A stretch of DNA of 63,668 nt, filler included, from Octopus bimaculoides (lineage: Eukaryota), in assembly GCF_001194135.2 (NCBI RefSeq). It is 6 parts of 6 records of this genome, joined end to end, with 100 filler letters (N's around TTAATTAATTAA, not from the genome) between each part and the next. Parts side by side here need not be neighbours in the genome. Positions count along the whole stretch, not along the records: positions 51,548 to 57,608 come from NC_068982.1; positions 57,709 to 61,658 come from NW_026419275.1; positions 61,759 to 63,668 come from NW_026396984.1; 3 more parts are not named here. The stretch is one strand, 5' to 3'. The position numbers and the translations under genes are program-made. This document shows, one piece after another, positions 53,976-63,668 of this stretch (its first letter is position 1; the number at the start of each line of letters is the position of its first letter). The notes beneath the pieces are model-generated. The model was not told the DNA's origin, did not search any database, and saw nothing but the letters and a program-made list of their open reading frames with translations.

Positions 53976-54750
53976 CTCGGCCGAGTCCATAGTGATGATT
54001 GCCCCGCCGCGAGGCTGGTGAAGCAGTTTTCCTTTGTCTGGTGGCTGTGGCGAAAGAGGTTATCCGGTGGACGGGGCAATCATCACTATGGACTCGGCCG
54101 AGAAATGTTCGACATAACTCCACAAGTCATCAATGTCAGGACATTGAACGAATGCATGCAGAACGGTTTCGTCACCCTGCGCGCACCTCGGACAGCATAT
54201 CCGTGCTTGTATAATAATAATAATAACTGATTGGAAGTGTTATCATGTACATTGTTTTGTCTTGGTATAAAAGATGGGTTACAGCAAATATTCCGCTCAC
54301 AAATATTCCTCTTAGGTAAAGCTCTCATCGACCTTTTCAAGTTTCACTTGAAAAGGAAGGTGAGAGTGGAGAGGGAGGTGCTGTCCTCGAGTGAATTTAT
54401 AAAACGTTGGGTGAAAGTTGCAAAAATAGCAGGAGTGGATGGTACCACTCTAAGTGTAGACCTGTGAGTTGGAGGAAATGAGTTGGAGTGGGCACTTGTC
54501 CTTCGTATTCAGGGAGATCTTGGGCGGTAGGGTTTCTCGATTATCCCTAGACGTCCTCCTGTATCAGGAGGACCCCATCACTATCACTTTTTTAGTGTCG
54601 TATACAATGTATACTTCCCATCTTTTAATGTATAACGTGTATACCTTACTTTTTTATATCATTCCATTTTCTATAAGCCACCCCCCACTTTATGTCTGTC
54701 TTTGTACTGTCCTCCCTCATCCTTCGTCCCGGTGGCAAATAAAAGAAATC

Positions 54751-54792
<42 letters not shown>

Positions 54793-54795
54793 GTT
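53976..54795 (+). mobile_element. L1/Tx1-type LINE 3' end, rearranged, with 3' UTR hairpin and (ATT)n tail
   Basis: Plus strand: SAESIVMIAPP...AVFLCLVAVAKEVIRWT, resuming as GKALIDLFKFHLKRKVRVEREVL...VDGTTLSVDL* (54467). Inverted segment 54072-54209 encodes CPRCAQGDETVLHAFVQC (CCHC knuckle). Hairpin GTCCTCCTG-TAT-CAGGAGGAC at 54553-54573. Confidence 0.75.
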
Positions 54796-54807
54796 ATTAG
54801 CTCATCC

Positions 54808-54985
54808 GGCGAGCTGGCAGAATCGTTAGCACGCCGGGCAAAATGCTTAGATGCATTTTGTCCGTCTTTATATGTTCTGAGTTAAAATTCCGGTGAGGTC
54901 GACTTTGTCGTCGATGAAATACGTACCAGTTGAGCCAACTCCCCACAAATTCCAGGCCTTGTGCTTATAGTAGAAAGGGTTATTA
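54808..54985 (+). mobile_element. SINE family B copy next to the LINE (ATT)n tail
   Basis: GGCGAGCTGGCAGAATCGTTAGCACGCCGGGCAAAATGCTTAG... Confidence 0.8.
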
Positions 54986-54987
54986 GT

Positions 54988-55190
54988 TCATCCATCGTGG
55001 TCGACGATGACCAAGAACATCACAAAGCAGAAGAGGACAAGGTGTGTCCAGCCGTGGCCGATCAGTCCGATGCGTGCTCGGAAGTCTCTGTTGCAGGTCG
55101 AGCACTGGTGGTCTGCTGGGACTGAAGGTAGGGAGTTGGCCCTGGACTTACGCAGTTCGCGTTTTCTTTGTCCCCTGAAATCCTGTTCGG
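54988..55190 (-). mobile_element. RTE LINE 3' end (second RTE family)
   Basis: Minus strand: RKRELRKSRANSLPSVPADHQCSTCNRDFRARIGLIGHGWTH, the typical RTE C-terminal C2H2-like motif, followed by a short UTR. Confidence 0.75.
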
Positions 55191-55804
55191 CACGTGTGTG
55201 TGCGTGTGCGTGTGCGTGGGTTGTATGCGCGTGTGTGTATATATATATATATATATACGCACCAGAAATAAATACAGAAAATGCATATTCACATATTCGC
55301 TTATGACTTTATATACAAGCTTACATAGACACACTAATATAACGCGACGTATACGTATTCAAATGTGAACATATACACACATGCACATACGCATGCTTAC
55401 ATTCACATGCACATGTATATATATATATATAATACAAAGAATATATATGCATGTATACACACATATATGTACATACTTACATCTACATGTGTATATAGAT
55501 GCATATCAGGGTACAGTATATATATATATATAATGTATATGTATATATACACGTGTGTATATGTGCGTGTGTATATCTATGCCTTTTTTAGTTTTAAATG
55601 GCTACTCTCCTACGAACAAACATGCACACATACACACATACACACAATCAAATTTAAACAAATACTGTCGCACACACTCACACACACATACATACAAACA
55701 CATCGCATCGTATACGCACATACATGCTTACACGCATGCAATACTTAATTTTTACTCATGCACTCACATACACATGCACTCACATACACATGCACTCACA
55801 AATG

Positions 55805-55975
55805 AACAAAGAAGAAGAAAAGGAGGAGGGCGTCGAAGAAGGGGAGGAGTACGACCGAGAAGAAGAGGAGGAGGGGGAAGGGGAGGAAGAAGAAAAAAGG
55901 AGGAGGAGGAAGAAGAGGAAGAAAAGGAGGAGAAGGAGGAGGAGGAAGAAGAAAGAAAGACAGAAAGAAGGAAAG
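55805..55975. repeat. Purine-rich (GAA/GGA)n low-complexity tract
   Basis: Direct reading. Confidence 0.85.
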
Positions 55976-56085
55976 AAACAATTTCTTCACATACATTATG
56001 TTATGGACATGAAAAAAAAATTGGAATACACATAAACACATATACATACACAGACACACATACACACACACATAAACACACAATA

Positions 56086-56138
<53 letters not shown>

Positions 56139-56845
56139 ACACACACACACGAAATGTGAATATAAATTTGCAAATCAAAAATGCATATTAACACGATTGC
56201 AACAACCAATGCAATGTAATAATGTACAATGCATTAAATTCAAAGAGACACACATCAACCATCTTTCGTAACAATATTACCATCACTCTCCTCCCACTAC
56301 TCTCTTACATGCCCCTTTCACTTATCCTCCCCCTCTCCTGTACAATTCTTCCCACCATTCTTCTTCTTCTTCTTCTTCTTCTTCTTCTTCTTCTTCTTCT
56401 TCTTCTTCATCCGCCTCCTGATCTTTCTCTTCCTTCCTTCTCCCCTTCGTCTGCTTCTGGCTTTTCTTCCTCTCCTTCGTCGTCGTCATTGTTGTCGTCT
56501 GCTACTTCCTATTTTCTTTATTTTTTTATTCCCCCCTCTCCTACCTTCACCTGCCTTTCACTCCTCCCTCTCTCTCTCATTCCTCTCTCTCTCTCCAAAA
56601 GCCAACCACTGCATCAAGTGGAGACTACTCACCTTCCTTTCGGAGGATGTCGTCTGCACATGCTTGCTGCAGTTGCAATGGCGGCTCTCTTTCTGCTTTT
56701 CTTCATTCATATCACTCTACACCCACCACCCCCAGCTTTCTCTTTATCTATATCTCTGTCGATCAATAAATCGATCGATCGATCTGTCTGTTTTATTCTT
56801 TTCTTATCGCATTCTCTTTCGTAATTTCTGTCGTTATTCCTACAT

Positions 56846-56846
56846 T

Positions 56847-56898
<52 letters not shown>

Positions 56899-56902
56899 TC
56901 CT

Positions 56903-56960
<58 letters not shown>

Positions 56961-57110
56961 TTTCTTTCTTTCCGTTCTTTTCTTCTTTCTTCCTTTCATT
57001 CATTAATTCCTTTTCTTTTTCCTTTCATTCACTTTGTTTTCTTTCTTTCTTCCTTTCATTCATTAATTCCTTTTCTTTTTCCTTTCATTCACTTTGTTTT
57101 CTTTCTTTCT
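56846..57110. repeat. (TTTC)n microsatellite followed by a 60-bp tandem duplication
   Basis: Direct reading; unit ...CTTTCATTCATTAATTCCTTTTCTTTTTCCTTTCATTCACTTTGTTTT twice. Confidence 0.9.
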
Positions 57111-57273
57111 TTTTTCTTTCTTTCTCCCTTTTTCTTTCTTTCATTCACTCCTTTATTTTCTAGCCTTTCTTTATTAAATATCGTATTGATTTTAAATTTC
57201 ACATGCATACAAATTCATGAATCTATAGGCATACATGTACGTATGTATATGTACGTATGTATATGTACGTATG

Positions 57274-57305
<32 letters not shown>

Positions 57306-57461
57306 TGTATATGTGTGTATGTATGTATGTATGTATGCATATGTGTGTATGTATGTATGTATGTATGTATGTATATACATACATACACAATATATGCGTG
57401 TGTTTATATGTATGTGTGAATCTATCTACCGCTATAATTATATGTATGCGTGTGTGCGTGC

Positions 57462-57506
<45 letters not shown>

Positions 57507-57608
57507 TAGCAAATAATAAATGAGTATATGCATATATGCGTGCAAGTATGTGCATACCTACATCTACCTGTATATATAGGTGCATATCTGGATACTTACA
57601 TATATATA

Positions 57609-57708
57609 NNNNNNNNNNNNNNNNNNNNNNNNNNNNNNNNNNNNNNNNNNNNTTAATTAATTAANNNNNNNNNNNNNNNNNNNNNNNNNNNNNNNNNNNN
57701 NNNNNNNN
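57609..57708. other. Artificial scaffold-join spacer
   Basis: Same structure, linker 57653-57664. Confidence 0.95.
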
Positions 57709-58641
57709 AGTGGATACAATTGAGGAAATAAACAGTGTTCAAGTGAAAAACGTTTCTTTAAACATCAGCTCTGAGAATCTTGGAAGCTATTTCGGAGACA
57801 GAAAAAAAAGTTCTGGTGGAGATATTTCTTCAATACAACAAGANNNNNNNNNNNNNNNNNNNNNNNNNNNNNNNNNNNNNNNNNNNNNNNNNNNNNNNNN
57901 NNNNNNNNNNNNNNNNNNNNNNNNNNNNNNNNNNNNNNNNNNNNNNNNNNNNNNNNNNNNNNNNNNNNNNNNNNNNGTAGTAGTAGTAGTCGTTCTTTTT
58001 ATTCTTCTCTTCCTCACCCCACCTTTTCCACAACAGCTGCTGCCATACTGGAAAGGCAGGAAAATCTGGAACTTCATAAGTTGTAAGACTGTTTTCAATC
58101 TGCCAAGGACCCATTCATTTTAATTGTTACAGTCTTGTTTTTCACATTGCCTGGAATGCACTGCCACTATTCTCTGTTTAGAGGCACCCGCTGTTTTGCA
58201 GAGTGGTGTTGGGGGGCACCAGTATTTTTTTAACTGCCTTGAACTGTTTGGAAACGCAAATAATTCACTGTTTTTTCCAAATATTTTGAAACATGGCAGA
58301 AAAAGAATTGATTATAATGTAAGCCGAATGGAGACACAAACTTTGTCCGAAAAGAAGCGGGGATACTGCTGTAGCGCTGACTACAATAATGGACGTAGTG
58401 ACGTCACACCAGCCCAAAACGAACATAAAAGGTAATACATTTACCTGTCAGCAGCTTCAAAACGTTTGACATTTCAACAATTCAAGAAGACATTCGACAA
58501 TTTCAGTGACAACAACAACAACAACAACAAAACTGATAACAAGTGTAAAGAAAGGGAAAAACAAAATAAAATTTTGAAAGAAATGCAAACACCACCACCT
58601 CCATTTCCACCGTCACTGCCTCCGCCAAAGTAGCTACAGCC

Positions 58642-59368
58642 ATGGCAAGAGATGCCGAAAAAGGGGATTTCTTTTGTGAGNNNNNNNNNNNNNNNNNNNN
58701 NNNNNNNNNNNNNNNNNNNNNNNNNNNNNNNNNNNNNNNNNNNNNNNNNNNNNNNNNNNNNNNNNNNNNNNNNNNNNNNNNNNNNNNNNNNNNNNNNNNN
58801 NNNNNNNNNNNNNNNNNNNNNNNNNCCCGCTTGAGGTGATTGAAAACATTTAGAGATGCATGGTTACTTACCATTGCATCGGAGTTAAATCGTGCCAGGT
58901 AGAAAATGCTATGGAAGCCGAAATTCAAGAATATTTTGGGCATATGTGGGAACGCAAGATCCACANNNNNNNNNNNNNNNNNNNNNNNNNNNNNNNNNNN
59001 NNNNNNNNNNNNNNNNNNNNNNNNNNNNNNNNNNNNNNNNNNNNNNNNNNNNNNNNNNNNNNNNNNNNNNNNNNNNNNNNNNNNNNNNNNNNNNNNNNNN
59101 NNNNNNNNCTCGAGGAAAGAAGTTTGGCTTGATTGAAGTGCGATTTGGCACTGAAGAAGAAGAAGCCAGATTTCATTATGTGACCACCACACTGAGGAAT
59201 GAAAAAGTCTTCTTAATCCCCAGTTGTTGCAGCCAATGCCTTGCTTTTAGCAAGACGAGAAATGTGCTGACAGAAATATCCATCACCAGGTTTGTAGCTT
59301 CTGTTTTGGCAGGTATAGAGGAAGAGGTGATTATTATGAAGGTAAAGAAAATACTGCAGCAAGACTGA
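58642..59368 (+). mobile_element. Possible L1/Tx1-type ORF1 fragment, interrupted by gaps
   Basis: RGKKFGLIEVRFGTEEEEAR...LRNEKVFLIP resembles LINE ORF1 sequences I recall; not verified. Confidence 0.35.
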
Positions 59369-59439
59369 TCAGGCATAGGTGTGGAATTGATCATACACAC
59401 TGACCGAACATATATTGAGAAGGTGTCAGACCTGATAGA

Positions 59440-60090
59440 CCTCCCGGGTGGCACCCACCTGTCAGTGATAGTAGAAGGATGAAAGCTCTTGTATATATGG
59501 ATCTGTGATTCACTTAAAGGCTTTCTGCCTTCAAAGAAAACAAACCACCCTCTGTTGCCAACATGACAAACACAAAATTAAGTGGAAGCGCTATGGACTC
59601 CAAAACTCAATCCCAAACTGGAAAATGCACAAGGAACTGGACTTGCCCCATCATAGAAATTGGTCCAGTGCTTCAAAAAGATATCCTATTCACATGGAAC
59701 TTTTTTGTTCAATCTAACAGAAAGACAGATGCAAATAGACCAGATATTATACTGAAGGATTTCAGATGCCAATCATGCCACCACATCAATATGTCCCAAT
59801 TGATGTGAATGTATCTATGAAGACCTACCAAAATTTCACCATGTACAAAGATCTTGGAATAGAAATTGACAAAATGTGAACATAAGACTAGNNNNNNNNN
59901 NGTACAAAGATCTTGGAATAGAAATTGACAAAATGTGAACATAAGACTAGAACAATACTCATGGTTGCAGGTGCCTTATAAATAATAGCAAACGGGGCTG
60001 GTCATTACCTGTCTCAAATCCCAAGGAATCCAAAAATGGAAGAAATTCAAACAAATAGTAGTGATGGAAACTGCTCATATTCTATGAAAA
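59440..60090 (+). mobile_element. R4/Dong-like non-LTR retrotransposon, restriction-like endonuclease (RLE) C-terminus, degenerate
   Basis: NWKMHKELDLPHHRNW; TWNFFVQSNRKTDANRPDIILKD; YKDLGIEIDKM; all match the PD..D RLE region. Contains a 49-bp duplication across a 10-N gap (59843-59891 / 59902-59950). Confidence 0.7.
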
Positions 60091-60359
60091 ATAGTGTCTG
60101 TATAACTCCAAAACAGTCTTTGTCCACATATCAAAAGCACATGTTCTAAAAGAATCCTTCTTATGAACGCAAGGTAGACACTTAAAGCACCAATTCCTCT
60201 CACCTAATCCCATTCTTCCCCAAAGAACATGACAGTTATCAACCATCCTATTCCTCATGCCCACTTGAACTTGTAACCTGCTGTCTCTTGGGAGCGTTAG
60301 GTGAGACTTGGACTCAGTTCATACAAACGCAAAGCAACATCACCATAGTGACGATAATC

Positions 60360-60498
60360 CTTTCTACTCTAGGCACAAGGCCTGAAATGTTGGCGGAGGG
60401 GGCAAGTTAACCGTGTCACTCCCAGTGCCTGACTGATATTTCTTTTATTGGCCCCGAAAGAATGAAAGACAGAGTCAACCCTGGTGGAATTTGAACTC
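60360..60498 (-). mobile_element. SINE family B copy
   Basis: CTTTCTACTCTAGGCACAAGGCCTGAAAT...GGAATTTGAACTC. Confidence 0.7.
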
Positions 60499-60566
60499 GT
60501 TGACGTCATTACTCTTGTCATAGTTGTAGTAGTAGTTGCCATTTGTGGTAGACAACTGCTAAGAAG

Positions 60567-60960
60567 AAGTCTGACAAATGGTAGACCATCCACTCCCAAA
60601 GACTTCTCCCTTGTGCAGCTTGTCATCACATCCCATATGTTTTCAGCAGTTATTGGCATTTGGCAGAACTTTTCATCCCTAGGCGAAGGGTGTGACTTAC
60701 TATGAAGGGAGGCAGTGAAATCCACACCTGTCTCTGACTCACTGTATGCTCAGCATAGTTCAGCAAAATGCCACTGAAATTCCAAACATATCCACTTGGT
60801 TTCTTGCAGCATGTACCTGTCCTGTCTCATCAAAGACTGAATTGTGGCCTTGTGGCCACCACATTGCACCTCTGTTGCCTAGGCCCATCAGACTAATTTC
60901 ATTCCCTTGTGTCTTAGTTCACGCACCCTTGCTATGAGAACACAACCTTCATGCTTGGTA
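60567..60960 (-). mobile_element. L1/Tx1-type ORF2 fragment upstream of the RT domain
   Basis: FCQMPITAENIWDVMTSCTREKSLGVDGLP matches the L1-clade IT..E...M....KSPG.DGLP motif. Confidence 0.6.
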
Positions 60961-61339
60961 TTGAAGAATTGATCAAAAGCCAATCCTGCCACCAGCATGT
61001 CGGTCACTATGCCTCTTCTAAGCACCTAATTCTAGCTCTATAATTAGCTGCCTAATTAGGCCACCTTCTATTATAGATTCCTCTAATACTATTCTTTTAC
61101 TAAACATTAACGCCTCCTCTCAAATAGCCCCATATCAGGGCTTATCCACCATCAGCTGTGGACGATTACACCCAACAACCTCTGATGGACTAACTTGCTA
61201 ACTCTGTCTCTGAATGATTGAGATGCCAGGAAAGACGCATTCAGCTTCCAATGTCTGAATATATACATACAGACATGACGAAGTAAATAGTTATATCCAG
61301 TGGACAATATGCCAACACTACAACATCATAACTGACAAC

Positions 61340-61640
61340 AGGTGGTATAGGCATGAGCCAAACAAGGTACAAGATAACGACCAGGCCACAATCGTCTGGA
61401 ATACGCCTGTTCAAACCGACAAAGAAATAAAAAGCTAATCACCCAAACACAATACTCAACGATTGGAAAACAAAAAAAAAAAATCACCAACTTACTAATA
61501 GACATTGCAGTCCCTTCTGACCAAAATGTTGCTCAAAAGAAGTGGAGAAATTGTCAAAGTACAAAGACATTGAAATTGAAGTCTTCAAGATGTGGGGCAT
61601 GAAGGTGTAAAGAACACTGGTAACAATTGGAGTAGGGGTC
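61340..61640 (+). mobile_element. Second R4/Dong-like RLE fragment
   Basis: WYRHEPNKVQDNDQATIVWNTPVQTDKEIKANHPN...LLIDIAVPSDQNV...EKLSKYKDIEIEVFKMWGMKV. Confidence 0.75.
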
Positions 61641-61658
61641 TAGATACAAAAAAAAAAA

Positions 61659-61758
61659 NNNNNNNNNNNNNNNNNNNNNNNNNNNNNNNNNNNNNNNNNN
61701 NNTTAATTAATTAANNNNNNNNNNNNNNNNNNNNNNNNNNNNNNNNNNNNNNNNNNNN
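61659..61758. other. Artificial scaffold-join spacer
   Basis: Same structure, linker 61703-61714. Confidence 0.95.
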
Positions 61759-62249
61759 GAACCCTCGACGTCGTAAGCGACGGAGTGCCAACAACAACAT
61801 TTTATCGAACACAGAAAGATGGGAGAAAACGTAAGTGTTCAGGCTTATATTAATTTCCGAACCTAGGCTTCAGTTATGTAATTTGACCCTGGTTTAATTA
61901 GCAAAAGGCTTCGAATTTAGGATATTATTGTTCGACGCTTTTACTGGCTTTAGATAGTGAGCTCTGACTTGAAACTCTACGAGATCTTCAACTTGCCAGA
62001 AATAGCAGCCAAATCCCAATTACATCACAACCTTCTTACTGTTTTAGAAAATGACACATATTGTAATGCTTGATTCTATTCACGGTGGATAAAGACAGAA
62101 TTTCCCCAGCTGAAATTATCATAGGTCTACTTGATCGGCACTGATTTGGGACCTGACAGCAACGCTTAACATCAATGGTATTTGAGCCATTTTTTCGTAC
62201 CTGTTATTTGGTCAATAAGGGGATTTTATACTGTTGCTCTCCTATACGT

Positions 62250-62286
<37 letters not shown>

Positions 62287-62785
62287 NNNNNNNNNNNNNN
62301 NNNNNNNNNNNNNNNNNNNNNNNNNNNNNNNNNNNNNNNNNNNNNNNNNNNNNNNNNNNNNNNNNNNNNNNNNNNNNNNNNNNNNNNNNNNNNNNNNNNN
62401 NNNNNNNNNNNNNNNNNNNNNNNNNNNNNNNNNNNNNNNNNNNNNNNNNNNNNNNNNNNNNNNNNNNNNNNNNNNNNNNNNNNNNNNNNNNNNNNNNNNN
62501 NNNNNNNNNNNNNNNNNNNNNNNNNNNNNNNNNNNNNNNNNNNNNNNNNNNNNNNNNNNNNNNNNNNNNNNNNNNNNNNNNNNNNNNNNNNNNNNNNNNN
62601 NNNNNNNNNNNNNNNNNNNNNNNNNNNNNNNNNNNNNNNNNNNNNNNNNNNNNNNNNNNNNNNNNNNNNNNNNNNNNNNNNNNNNNNNNNNNNNNNNNNN
62701 NNNNNNNNNNNNNNNNNNNNNNNNNNNNNNNNNNNNNNNNNNNNNNNNNNNNNNNNNNNNNNNNNNNNNNNNNNNNNNNNNNNNN

Positions 62786-62972
62786 GCCGGGTGAAATGCT
62801 TAGCGGCATTTCGTCTGTCTTTACGTTCTGAGTTCAAATTCCGCTGAGGTCGACTTTGCCTTTCATCCTTTCGGAGTCGATAAATTAAGTACCAGTTGCG
62901 AACGGGGTTCGATCTAATCGACTGGATCCCTCCCCCAAAATTTAGGGCCTTGTGCCTAGAATAGAAAAGAAT
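62786..62972 (+). mobile_element. SINE family B copy
   Basis: GCCGGGTGAAATGCTTAGCGGCATTTCG...GGCCTTGTGCCTAGAATAGAAAAG. Confidence 0.85.
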
Positions 62973-63459
62973 ATGTGTGAGAGAAACAGTATATGCAACA
63001 GAGAGACAGTGAAAGAGAAGGGGAAAGAAAAAAGAGAAAGAAGTAGTATCTTAGGAAGAAAAAAAACAGTAGAAATGAATAAGGCCAAAGAAAACAAAAA
63101 GGCGAGAAGAATGGAAAGACAGAAAGATAGATAAATAGAAGTAGAATATTCTATTTTCAGCTCGCACTGCTGGATATTCCCTTTACCAGCTGTCAACTGG
63201 AGATCACATCGAAAAAAGGATTATAAGAATTAGCAGAAGGGGGAAAAATACCATGAAGAGTAAAAGAATGTAAGAAATAAAGTAGTGATGATTCAGTTAA
63301 AGAAGATGAACGAACGAAGGCGAGAAAAGCGGGATTAAAAAGAGAGGGAAAAACTGAAGGAAAAAATTGCCTGAGAGAATGAAAAGAAAATGGGAAGGAT
63401 GAATAAGAATAACAACGGGCATAAGATGAAGATGAGAAATGTGCTGATAAGTTGTAGTT

Positions 63460-63668
63460 TAAATCCAGATACTTGGTTACGGCGCTATTTGTATCTGTGC
63501 TCCAGTAGTGGGCAATTGGAGAGATGTCTCACCGTCCCGACCTTTCAACATTTCCACAGTCTTTTCTCTTCTATTTTCCAATGCTTTAGGTTTGTACGAC
63601 TGGGGAAGTATGTCGTAGATGGTACGGATCAGGAAAGTGATTCTGGTTGTCCTATTTTTCGCCCAACC
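63460..63668 (-). mobile_element. HERO/NeSL-like RLE-type non-LTR retrotransposon, zinc-knuckle region, degenerate
   Basis: RITFLIRTIYDILP, then after a frameshift SRTNLKHWKIEE..WKC*KVGTVRHLSNCPLLEHRYK*RRNQV; compare the family pattern LIRSVYDVLP...GTLxHILSxC...RYxWRHNQV. Confidence 0.65.

Noticed and set aside
63589-63668. Apparent plus-strand exon after a strong polypyrimidine acceptor (FVRLGKYVVDG...)
   Set aside because: The opposite strand is a recognisable RLE-retrotransposon zinc-knuckle region, so the acceptor is coincidental.
1-63668. CRISPR arrays, rRNA or complete tRNA genes
   Set aside because: No repeat-spacer arrays, rRNA similarity or full cloverleaf seen; tRNA-like boxes belong to SINE heads.

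Overview
Eukaryotic, AT-rich, microsatellite- and gap-rich DNA from a draft animal assembly. The SINE, RTE and MITE families look like ones I recall from octopus (coleoid cephalopod) genomes; this is recall, not a database result. The window is not one contig. Five identical 100-bp spacers (44 N + TTAATTAATTAA + 44 N) join six segments: 1-27742, 27843-47269, 47370-51447, 51548-57608, 57709-61658 and 61759-63668. I found no host protein-coding exon I can support; almost all listed ORFs are microsatellite or gap translations. The content is mostly transposon debris: a near full-length but broken piggyBac transposase (17034-18687, minus), a TTAA-flanked MITE sharing that element's end, an internally deleted mariner, and fragments of RTE, L1/Tx1, R4/Dong-like, HERO/NeSL-like, CR1-like and Penelope-like retroelements, plus at least two abundant SINE families. 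Best leads: (i) a type I hammerhead ribozyme with a palindromic, dimer-requiring stem III at 10643-10716 (minus), with a decayed second one near 29900; (ii) the piggyBac-MITE autonomous/non-autonomous pairing; (iii) a 71-bp near-perfect inverted repeat carrying octamer and CCAAT motifs; (iv) a CpG-depletion contrast suggesting segment 1 lies inside a methylated gene body.
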